From NCBI GenBank assembly GCA_963817955.1, contig CAWFQK010000004.1, positions 1,647,991 to 1,711,990 on the forward strand: a stretch of 64,000 nt of DNA, written 5' to 3'. The notes beneath the pieces were generated by a model. That model did not search any database. It had not been told where the DNA came from and saw nothing but the letters and a program-made list of their open reading frames with translations. The stretch comes from an uncultured Gemmatimonadaceae bacterium (GTDB lineage Bacteria; Gemmatimonadota; Gemmatimonadetes; Gemmatimonadales; Gemmatimonadaceae). This document shows positions 29,602 to 37,672 of this stretch, one piece after another (positions within the stretch are counted from its first letter, which is position 1; each line of letters opens with the position of its first letter). The translations under genes and the position numbers were made by a program.

Positions 29602-32448
29602 TCATCGGATCACCACGGGATGCGAGATGGCCAGTGTCGTACCCAACACGCTGGTGAACGTCGTCGCCGCCGTGAGCTCCGTGGCGAGCAGCGTCAGGAA
29701 ACCGGCTCGTCCCGTCGTCGAGGCGGCACGGAAGGTAATCCGGCGCAACTGGACGGTGCCCGCGAAGCCCGACGACGATGCGGCGGTGATCAAGAGCGAG
29801 CCGTTCGCCGCGTTCGCCGTACCGACCGTCGCACCGACGCTGCTCGTACCCTCGGCATCGCTCACGTAGATGAGCTGCAGAGGATCCCACGTCACCTCGA
29901 CCGTTGCCGCGCCGAGACGCGTGGCGCTGCGCATGTCGGCGATCACCGTGAGCGTGAACGTCGTGTCGTGCTTGATGTCGAATCGCGACAGGTCGGTGCG
30001 CAGGACCGGACCTCCGGCGGTCGCGATCGCGAAGAGGACCGAGTCCTTGGCCGCGACGTTGGCGGTAGATGTGGCGACGAGCATCGTCTGCCCGCGCGCG
30101 ATCGGCGTCACGACGCCCGCACTGCTCACCGATGCCGCGGAGGCCTCCCGGCTCACGTACGTGAGCGCCGGCGACGACATCGACCGGCCGTATTGGTTCA
30201 CGGCCGTGAAGAGTCCGGCTGTCGCATAGGCGGTGTCGCTCACCACCACGTCGCCGAGGGTCCACGTCACGGACGTGGGCGTGCCGACCGCATTCGTGAC
30301 GTTCGCGCTGCCCGTGATGCTGTTGGCGTCGAGCGCCGTCACCGCGTACGTCACGCCGATACTCGTTCCCGTGGCGTACGAAGTGCTCGCGACACCCGAC
30401 GCCGACGTCTGCGACGTCGCGGGTGTGAACACGCCGCCGCCAGCGGCCGACCCTACGCTCCACGTGATGGTGCGACCGAGCAACGACACAAAGTTACCGT
30501 TGGCGTCGACGAGCTGCGCGGTCACTGAGACGCTCGCTCCTGCCACCGGTGTGCTCGTCGTGGTCCCTACGACATACCGCGCGGGCGCTCCCGGGACTGT
30601 CGTGAGCGAGAGGCTTCCGCTCACCGACGCGTTGTCGGTCGCCGTAATCTGGTAGACCCCGATGGCGGTTCCCGTCGTCAACGACACCGTCGCGAGCCCG
30701 TTCGCGTCCGTCGTGGACTGCGCGGACGCGAACGTGCCACCCGATCCGGTCTTCGTCCATGTCACGACGCGCCCAGCGAGCCGCACCGCACCGCCAGACA
30801 CGTTCGCCAGCTGTGCACTGATTGTCGCGGCCGTCCCCGCCACCGGCTGGACGGTGTTCGACGTGACGACGTACCGGGTCGCGGTGTTCGGGACGAACGT
30901 GATCGCCGTGCCAGGCAGCGCGACGCCGTTGAGCGTCGCGTTCACGGTCGCCGACGACGGTGCGTTCGGCGCGGTGAGCGTCGCCGTGTAGGTGCCATCG
31001 TGGTTGTCGGTCGTCGTCGACACTGTGCTAGTGGTCGCCGAGATCACGACGATCCCGCCGGATACATGCACGACATTGGTGTTGGCATCGCGCAGCTGCA
31101 CGGTGATCATCACCGTAGAGAGACCGTCGGCCGCGAGCACGGTAACACTCGGCTGCACGGTCGAGCGCGCGGCCGACGCCGGGCCGGCGACTGACGTGAA
31201 CGTGGCGCTCGTCCCGGTGAGACCGCCGCCGTCGGTGGCGGTGACGGTGTACGGTGACACGAGTACGGCGGTGGTGTACGACACCGTCGCGACGCCCGTG
31301 GCTCCGGTCGTCGACGTTGGCGTCGCGAACGTGCCCGCCGCGCCCGTCGCGCTCCATGTGACGACAGTACCGGCAGTCGACACCGCGTTCCCGTTCGCGT
31401 CGGCCAGTTGGGCGGTGATGGTCACCGCTGCTCCCGCCACGGGCGACGTCGTGCTCGGCGTCACCGTGTACTTCGCGGCCGGCCCCGCCACCGACGTGAT
31501 CGCGGCGCTCGTTCCCGTAAGCGTGCTTGCGTCCCGGGCCGTGACCGTGCCGCTGCCGACCGTCTTAGGCGTGGTGTATTGCACGGACACTTGACCGCTG
31601 GCATCGGTGGTCGACGTCGGCGTCGCGAACGAACCACCGGCGCCTGTCGTGCTCCACGTGACGACGCGGCCCGCAGTCGCAACGTTGTTGCCGTTTGCAT
31701 CGACCACTTGCGCGGTGACGGTCACGGCGGCACCGGCGACCGGAGCGGTGCTGCTGAGCGACACCGTGTAGTTCGCCGGCGCGCCCGCCGTGACCGCGAA
31801 CGGCGCCGACGTGACCGTCGCCAGTCCCGTCGAGGAAAAGCTCAGTGTACGGCTGCCGGTGGTGCCGGCGATGCCGAGCGTCGTGAACGTCGCGACGCCG
31901 CCCGACGCGGAAACGGTGGTCGATCCGCTGAGCGTGCCACCTCCCGACGCGATGTCTGCGGTGACCGCGGTCGCGGCGCTGGTGAGATTACCACCAGCGT
32001 CACGAACTTCGATCGCCGGCTGCACACCGAACGACGCTCCGGCCGCGGCACCGGACGGTTGCGTGTTGATGAATAGGGTAGCCGGCGTGCCCTCGACGAC
32101 CGTGATTGCGGCGCTGGCCGAGGAGACGCCCGACACCGACGCCGTGATGTTGGTCGAGCCGATCAATGCCGCGGTGACGAGACCGGATGTATTGACGGAT
32201 GCGACCGTGGGTACCGAGGAGACCCACGTGAAGCTCTGTCCCGAAACGGGCGTGCCCGCCCCGTTGAACGCCGTCGCCGAGAGCTGCGACGTGGCGCCTC
32301 CCGCGAGCTGGACGGGACCCACCGGTGCGACCTCCACGCGCCGCACAGTGTTGTCGGGGGGAGTAGGTGCCAACGGCTCGCCGCTGCAACTCAGCACCAC
32401 GGCACCGAAAACCGCGACGGTGAGTGCACGGAGGTTCGCCGTCAGCAT
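29602..32448 (-). CDS. large Ig-like (Big_2/Big_1-invasin) repeat lipoprotein ending in a cohesin-like domain
   Basis: Lipobox VLSC; TWVSSVPTVASVNTSGLVTA (Big_2); four PVAGxxxxxxAQ..TW repeats; C-terminal FTLTVIADM..LGAATVEVTWDPLQLIYVS..AASSSGFAGTVQLRRITFRA. ORF open from 32472. Confidence 0.8.
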   Translation of the reverse strand: MLTANLRALTVAVFGAVVLSCSGEPLAPTPPDNTVRRVEVAPVGPVQLAGGATSQLSATAFNGAGTPVSGQSFTWVSSVPTVASVNTSGLVTAALIGSTNITASVSGVSSASAAITVVEGTPATLFINTQPSGAAAGASFGVQPAIEVRDAGGNLTSAATAVTADIASGGGTLSGSTTVSASGGVATFTTLGIAGTTGSRTLSFSSTGLATVTSAPFAVTAGAPANYTVSLSSTAPVAGAAVTVTAQVVDANGNNVATAGRVVTWSTTGAGGSFATPTSTTDASGQVSVQYTTPKTVGSGTVTARDASTLTGTSAAITSVAGPAAKYTVTPSTTSPVAGAAVTITAQLADANGNAVSTAGTVVTWSATGAAGTFATPTSTTGATGVATVSYTTAVLVSPYTVTATDGGGLTGTSATFTSVAGPASAARSTVQPSVTVLAADGLSTVMITVQLRDANTNVVHVSGGIVVISATTSTVSTTTDNHDGTYTATLTAPNAPSSATVNATLNGVALPGTAITFVPNTATRYVVTSNTVQPVAGTAATISAQLANVSGGAVRLAGRVVTWTKTGSGGTFASAQSTTDANGLATVSLTTGTAIGVYQITATDNASVSGSLSLTTVPGAPARYVVGTTTSTPVAGASVSVTAQLVDANGNFVSLLGRTITWSVGSAAGGGVFTPATSQTSASGVASTSYATGTSIGVTYAVTALDANSITGSANVTNAVGTPTSVTWTLGDVVVSDTAYATAGLFTAVNQYGRSMSSPALTYVSREASAASVSSAGVVTPIARGQTMLVATSTANVAAKDSVLFAIATAGGPVLRTDLSRFDIKHDTTFTLTVIADMRSATRLGAATVEVTWDPLQLIYVSDAEGTSSVGATVGTANAANGSLLITAASSSGFAGTVQLRRITFRAASTTGRAGFLTLLATELTAATTFTSVLGTTLAISHPVVIR

Positions 32449-32711
32449 CCGACGACGTCCTTCGCCCGTCAACGGCCAACCGCCGTCATAGGCCGGGAGA
32501 TCTCACGAACAACGGCGAGCCCGGCTCGACCGAATGACGGCATTCGACAATTGTGCACTGCGGGGACTCCAAGAGAGGGAGGTACTGCGCGCCCCCGGAC
32601 TGCTCGAGTTTGCGGTTGTCTTGGCGAGCGGTGACGAGCCTCATCATGCAATCACCCAGAACACGCCAACAGCCCCCGAGTGCCAGACCATTTAGCACAG
32701 AATTAGCATAA

Positions 32712-32740
32712 ACAGTACGCCCAGCCTGAGGTCCCGTCAA
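32712..32740 (-). promoter_or_regulatory. candidate sigma70 promoter of the cohesin-dockerin operon
   Basis: Minus strand TTGACG, 17 bp, TACTGT; followed by a TGCTAA direct repeat; about 260 bp upstream of the first gene. Confidence 0.45.
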
Positions 32741-32791
32741 TAACGAATTTTCCTCGATTCGGCCTTGCGACTGTGCGAGACGCCTTGCGTA

Positions 32792-32891
32792 GACGCTCGA
32801 TGCTCGGCGCGCGGGGACCCAGCTCGCGGCAAGGGTGGCGAGGCCCAGCAGCGGTCCAATCGCGCAGTAGGTGACCGGGTCCGTTGGAGAG
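32792..32891 (-). pseudogene. 100-bp fragment of an ADOP permease 3' end
   Basis: 89/100 identical by manual alignment to 19601-19700, same orientation; encodes SPTDPVTYCAIGPLLGLATLAASWVPARRASSV. Confidence 0.85.
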
Positions 32892-33000
32892 CGTAGCACT
32901 ACCGAGGGGTGGAGCCAGAGAACTCCAACTATGAAAGTTTGGTGTCCAGTGCCTGCGTGACATCACGTTGATGGCGGCCTCGGGAGTCGTGACGCTGGCC

Positions 33001-33675
33001 CTACCATACGAACGGCACCAGCCGATAACGAACCTTCCGCCGGTATTCCTTGTACCCGGCCAGCTCTGCCGACAAGAATCTCTCTTCGTCGAAGATGCGG
33101 GCGATCAGGACGAACAGCAGGCCGAATGATACTGGGAGCGCCGCCCAGGACCCCAGGGCTGGTGGTGTGGAGAGAATCAATAGACCGCCTCCCGCGTACA
33201 TGGGGTGACGAATGATGGCATACGGCCCATGCTCGATCACCCTCTGGTCGCGTGCCACCTCGATGGTACCACTCGTAAACCGATTGGCACGGAAGACTGC
33301 AAAGACGATAACGAAACCGAGCACCACGAGCGCGTTGCAGAAGATCACGACAACGCTGGGGACATGCGTCCACCCGAATCGGACGTCGAGTCCCGACACG
33401 ACGAATATGCCGATGAACAGAATACTGGCGGCGGATTGGATGACCTGTTGGCTCCGGCGAATCTCCGCCATTGGCCCGGCATACACACGGCGCGCCAGCA
33501 ATTCTCGATCATTCCGGATCAGCCAGCCCGTGATGACCACCGTGCACGAGCCGAAGACTCCGAGATACACCCACGCCTGCCAGTAGCCAACAGACCCTGC
33601 GGACACGAAGAGCGCGACAGCAAGGACAAGGATGAGAAACAACAGACCCAAGAATGCTCGTGTGATCAATCCCAT
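33001..33675 (-). CDS. isoprenylcysteine carboxyl methyltransferase / PEMT-family membrane protein
   Basis: ANRFTSGTIEV..QRVIEHGPYAIIRHPMYAG, RIFDEERFL..GYKEYRRKVRYRLVPFVW. Confidence 0.88.
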   Translation of the reverse strand: MGLITRAFLGLLFLILVLAVALFVSAGSVGYWQAWVYLGVFGSCTVVITGWLIRNDRELLARRVYAGPMAEIRRSQQVIQSAASILFIGIFVVSGLDVRFGWTHVPSVVVIFCNALVVLGFVIVFAVFRANRFTSGTIEVARDQRVIEHGPYAIIRHPMYAGGGLLILSTPPALGSWAALPVSFGLLFVLIARIFDEERFLSAELAGYKEYRRKVRYRLVPFVW

Positions 33676-33714
33676 TCTGATGCTCCTCTTCGCGGACCTT
33701 GTGGGGGCCAGGCC

Positions 33715-34110
33715 TTACCGCCGTTTGGGCTGTTTGCGAGAACGAGCGACGTCTGGCTCGCGTGACCGCAGGGCCGCCTTCGCGATAGGTTTCGCCCACT
33801 CCGGGATGGAGTCGAGCGGCGCAACGTGCTCGACGTTGCCGCGCGTGGTGCGGAGCAGCAAGGTAGGCAGGGGCCGCAGCCCCGCGAGTGGAGGCGCCTC
33901 GCGCGTGTTGTCGAATACTTCGAGCGACGTGAGCAGCGGCAGGAGTTCGACGAGGTGCTGGCGGCTGCGGTCGTAACGCTCGCGGATCTTTGTCTCGGGG
34001 ATATCATATCCGCCGGCGGCCTCCACGGCCTGTGCCAGCACGCTGCTCTTGCCGGCGCCGTTCACGCCGGCGATGACATACAACCGCGCGCGTCGGTGAG
34101 AAGGTGTCAT
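33715..34110 (-). pseudogene. zeta-toxin-like P-loop kinase with large in-frame internal deletion
   Basis: VIAGVNGAGKSS is only about 10 aa from GGYDIPETKIRERY..VFDN; the intervening core is absent. Confidence 0.75.
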
Positions 34111-34147
34111 CGCTCGCACGCCGAACGGTCGCGTGCTGCGGCGCCCC

Positions 34148-34573
34148 TCATCCGCCGCGCGAACGCGATCGCCTTGCCGCAACGAGCGCCGCGCGCCCCA
34201 TGTCCTCGGGGGAAGTCGCGAAGCCGCGCGCGATGCCAGCCGTGGTCTCAGGGCGCTGCATCTCGCGCAACAGCGCGTCGAACTCAGCGCTGAGCGTGTC
34301 GAGCACGCGCGTGTCCCCTCGCGCCAGGGCCCGATAGCGGTCGACCGAGATCAACACGGCGCGTGGCACGTTGTGGCGGGTAATGACCACGACGTCATCT
34401 CCGGCCGCGCGGTCGAGCACTCGACCGAACTCGTTTTGCGCGTCGGTCGCTGAAATCTCGACTTCGGCGGCATCGGCGACCGGCCGATGGTTCACCGTAG
34501 CCGGCTCGGCCGCTTCGATTCGCGCGACAACTCGCTTTGCCCTCTTCATCGGCACCCGGATCCGTTTAGCCAT
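34148..34573 (-). CDS. Phd/YefM-family antitoxin
   Basis: ISATDAQNEFGRVLDRA..VVITRHNVPRAVLISVDRY; palindrome TTTAGC-N7-GCTAAA (34565-34583) spans the start codon. Confidence 0.88.
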   Translation of the reverse strand: MAKRIRVPMKRAKRVVARIEAAEPATVNHRPVADAAEVEISATDAQNEFGRVLDRAAGDDVVVITRHNVPRAVLISVDRYRALARGDTRVLDTLSAEFDALLREMQRPETTAGIARGFATSPEDMGRAALVAARRSRSRGG

Positions 34574-34615
34574 TATCGCTAAAACTACGGACGGCGCCGA
34601 ACTCCTCGCACGCTG

Positions 34616-34709
34616 CCATCGTGACGTGCTCCTTCGACCAGAGGAGACGATGGCATTGGTCTCGAACGAAGCCGTGTTCGACGCCTACGCCGTCACGCGG
34701 CTCTGGTAG
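34616..34709 (+). pseudogene. C-terminal relic of a VapC/PIN toxin
   Basis: HRD..EETMALVSNEAVFDAYAVTRLW* resembles the HRDPFDR..LVSxDxxFDxYxVxRLW VapC tail. Confidence 0.6.
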
Positions 34710-34730
34710 ACTGGGCGATCACTGTGTGTG

Positions 34731-35966
34731 TCAGGGGACCGGCAGGTGCGTCAAGGGGAGCGTCAGGCCGACATCGGGCAACACAGCCTCGATGATCCAC
34801 GCGCGAAAAAATGGATCGTCACAGGTGTAGCGGGCGCCGTCATGCACAAGGAGATCACGTCCCGTGAGGGTCGTCAGCGTCTTCGCCATGCGGCTCGTGG
34901 TACCGAGCGAGAAGCGCTGCAACACGGCGGACGTGGTCAGGCGGGCCTCGCCAGCCGCAACGGCGCGCAGACAGTTCTGCTGCAGGGCGGTCAGCGATTT
35001 CCAAGAGGCCTCGTATTGCGGCCGGCGTTCATCCACAATCCGACGGAGTGGCACGTCCAGAGCAGTGGGGCTGAGTTGCCCCGTGGGGCGCGCGACCTCG
35101 GCGGCTGTCTCCGCCAGCGTCCGCACGTCCCGGGTCCGCGGTCCAGCGAGCGCGATGAGGGCGCGCCCACAGCCCCGCGCGGTGATCCCCATCTGCGCGA
35201 ACCGATCCTCAATCCACGCAGCGAAGTGGTCCTCGGGCAGGGGCCCGATTTCGTAGCGTCGGGCGAGATTGTGCATGGGGCCGTGCTTCGGGTCGCTGAG
35301 AGCATTGATGAGTGCGCGATCCGAGCCCGCGAACACATACGACACGTGTCGATGCTGCTGGATGGCCGCCCGGACCTGCCGCATGGCGCTCACGCTCGGC
35401 GCCTCGGACGCCTCCCGCCCCAGGCGTTCGATCTCCTGGAACTCGTCGAGAATGACGCCCAAGTGGACCTTGTGTGCTTTCGCCTGCTCCTCCAGTGTGT
35501 CCAGCGCCGCGACGAGCCGCGTCCGCTGTTCATGGAGAGGCGCTTCACGGAACGACAGTGTGGGAATTGGAATGAGCGTGCCGTCCGACCGCGCGCTCAT
35601 CTCGAGCTTGAACTGCAACTGGTGGGCGAGGGCCGTGACCAACGTGCCCCACGATTGACCGAGCGCCGTCGCTGCTTCCGCCGCGAGCCGCGTCGTCATG
35701 TCCTCGATGGTCGTCGCGCTCCAGAGATCGAGGTAGAGCACCGGGGCTTTCTTTTTCTGATGCTGCAGGTCGTACTGGACGGCGCGCAGCAGGCTCGTCT
35801 TGCCGATGCGGCGCAGGCCCACGACGAGCAGGTGTCCGCCCGGCGTCTGGAGGGCCTGGGCGATCGCCCGGCGTTCCACCGCCCGGTCCGTGAAGTCGTC
35901 CCCCACGTGCGCGATACCAGCACCGGCGAACAGGTTGGGGGACACCAGGGAGCGACGGGATGCCAT
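34731..35966 (-). CDS. AAA+/archaeal-ATPase-like P-loop protein with probable C-terminal winged helix
   Basis: FTDR, GLRRIGKTSL (Walker A), ILDEFQ (Walker B), FAGS, DPFFRAW. ORF open from 36011. Confidence 0.85.
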   Translation of the reverse strand: MASRRSLVSPNLFAGAGIAHVGDDFTDRAVERRAIAQALQTPGGHLLVVGLRRIGKTSLLRAVQYDLQHQKKKAPVLYLDLWSATTIEDMTTRLAAEAATALGQSWGTLVTALAHQLQFKLEMSARSDGTLIPIPTLSFREAPLHEQRTRLVAALDTLEEQAKAHKVHLGVILDEFQEIERLGREASEAPSVSAMRQVRAAIQQHRHVSYVFAGSDRALINALSDPKHGPMHNLARRYEIGPLPEDHFAAWIEDRFAQMGITARGCGRALIALAGPRTRDVRTLAETAAEVARPTGQLSPTALDVPLRRIVDERRPQYEASWKSLTALQQNCLRAVAAGEARLTTSAVLQRFSLGTTSRMAKTLTTLTGRDLLVHDGARYTCDDPFFRAWIIEAVLPDVGLTLPLTHLPVP

Positions 35967-36153
35967 GAAGCCTCGGGGCCACAGAACCACCAACGAAGGG
36001 CGTAACGACACCCTAATCTAGTGCCTGAAAAGGCAGTGCGCAAAGAGGCCCTATGTAGGGCGCTCCAGGTCACTGCGCAACAGGGGGACGAGAGGACACG
36101 CGAGCGGCGTGACGTGGTAGCAGGATCTGGCGGAGCACCCGCGGCCGAATGGC

Positions 36154-36326
36154 GCCGCGGCGGTGTGGGCCGTGAAGCGACAGTTTCGCCGGGTAAAGAA
36201 CCATCGTCCTTTGCCCTTGCTCAAGCAGGCCCTTCAGAACAAACTCACCAACACGAAATCCGCCGCGGCGTAAGCCGCCTCACCGCGCGGTAGCGCCTGA
36301 AGGTCAACTGCTGGCGGGACAGTTCC
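36154..36326 (+). mobile_element. IS256-family relic (transposase C-terminus and right end)
   Basis: AAAVWAVKRQFRRVKNHRPLPLLKQAL..* (stop 36273), then AAGGTCAACTGCTGGCGGGACAGTTCC resembling an IS256-type end. Confidence 0.65.
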
Positions 36327-36349
36327 TCCTCGAAATCCGTGTAGAGTCA

Positions 36350-37288
36350 ATGCGCAAAGCCTTTGTCGGCGTCACCGATCAGGACTGGTACGAGTTCCTC
36401 AGTTACCGTCCTGATGTCCTGGAAGCCAACTTCTGGCAGCCGGGCGGCCGGACGCTGTTCAAGGCGCTCTCACCCGGAGACCTGTTTCTCTTCAAGTTGC
36501 ACAGCCCGAACAACTACATCGTCGGCGGAGGGTTCTTCGCCCACTCATCGCTGCTACCGGTATCGCTGGCGTGGGAGACTTTTGGCGCGTCAAACGGTGT
36601 TGCTTCGCTATCGGAGATGCGGCGCAGGATCGAGAAGTACCGGCGTGACCCTGCTCGGCAGGGTGACGATTACACAATCGGGAACACCATTCTCGAACAG
36701 GTATTCTTTTTCACGCGCGATGCGTGGATCCCCATGCCATCGGACTTCGCCCTGAACATCGTGAGTGGCAAGACGTACGACCTGGAGGTTGGAACGGGCC
36801 GCGATTTGTGGCTTGCCCTGGATGCGCGGCTCCAAGCCGGCGGCGCGACCTCGCCTCAGCGTAACGTCAGTGAAGGCGCAGTCGCGCGCATGTTCTCGGA
36901 TCCCGTGTTGGCGCGACGCCGACTTGGACAAGGCGCATTCCGGATTCTCGTGACGGACAACTACCAGCGGGAATGCGCCATCACCCGGGAGCATACACTG
37001 CCGGTGCTTCAAGCCGCGCACATACGGCCGGTCACTCAAGGGGGCGAGCACGCAGTGACGAACGGGCTCCTACTCCGGTCCGACGTCCACACGTTGTTCG
37101 ACCGCGGATACGCGACAATCACTCCGGACTTTCGCTTTCGCGTCAGCCCAAGACTCGGCTCAGATTGGCGCAACGGAAAGATCTATTACGAGCTCGATGG
37201 TAAGGAAATCCATCTCCCTACGGACGAATCATCTCGACCGGAAAGGTCGCTCCTGGAATGGCATTCCGACTCGGTGTTCCTGCGATGA
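36350..37288 (+). CDS. HNH endonuclease (putative restriction endonuclease)
   Basis: RLGQGAFR..NYQRECAIT..LQAAHIRP..NGLLLRSDVHTLFDRG..LEWH (HNH_2 type), with a distinct N-terminal domain. Confidence 0.88.
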   Translation: MRKAFVGVTDQDWYEFLSYRPDVLEANFWQPGGRTLFKALSPGDLFLFKLHSPNNYIVGGGFFAHSSLLPVSLAWETFGASNGVASLSEMRRRIEKYRRDPARQGDDYTIGNTILEQVFFFTRDAWIPMPSDFALNIVSGKTYDLEVGTGRDLWLALDARLQAGGATSPQRNVSEGAVARMFSDPVLARRRLGQGAFRILVTDNYQRECAITREHTLPVLQAAHIRPVTQGGEHAVTNGLLLRSDVHTLFDRGYATITPDFRFRVSPRLGSDWRNGKIYYELDGKEIHLPTDESSRPERSLLEWHSDSVFLR

Positions 37289-37656
37289 GCGCCACACCAG
37301 ACCGGTTGGCGAAGGTACAAGAGCGCCTGAAACAATTCGTAGCTGAGCGGCAGTGGGCACAGTTTCACGACCCCAAGAATCTCGCGATGGCGGTTGCGAG
37401 CGAAACAGGTGAGCTCGTAGCCGAGTTGAGATGGGTCTCGAGCGACAATGCCGACGACTTCGCCGCGATCCCGGAGCATCGGATCAAGCTCGAACACGAA
37501 GCGGCCGACGTGGCGATTGCACTCTTGTTGTTCTGCGATAGGATTGGCGTCGACTTGCTTTCAGCGATCGACCGAAAGATCGACATCAACGCGGCAAATT
37601 ATCCGGTCCAGTTGTCCGCAGGTACGGCAGAGCGACCGCAGGTGCGAAGGTCGTGA
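37285..37656 (+). CDS. MazG-like nucleotide pyrophosphohydrolase (DCTPP1/RS21-C6-like)
   Basis: FVAERQWAQFHDPKNLAMAVASETGEL..EAADV..KIDINAANYP; ATGA overlap with HNH. Confidence 0.9.
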   Translation: MSATPDRLAKVQERLKQFVAERQWAQFHDPKNLAMAVASETGELVAELRWVSSDNADDFAAIPEHRIKLEHEAADVAIALLLFCDRIGVDLLSAIDRKIDINAANYPVQLSAGTAERPQVRRS

Positions 37657-37672
37657 TGCGAGCTTTCGCCTG

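Noticed and set aside
25725..32472. True cellulosome
   Set aside because: One cohesin-like domain per protein, no CBM3 or recognisable cellulase; the propeller's activity is unknown.
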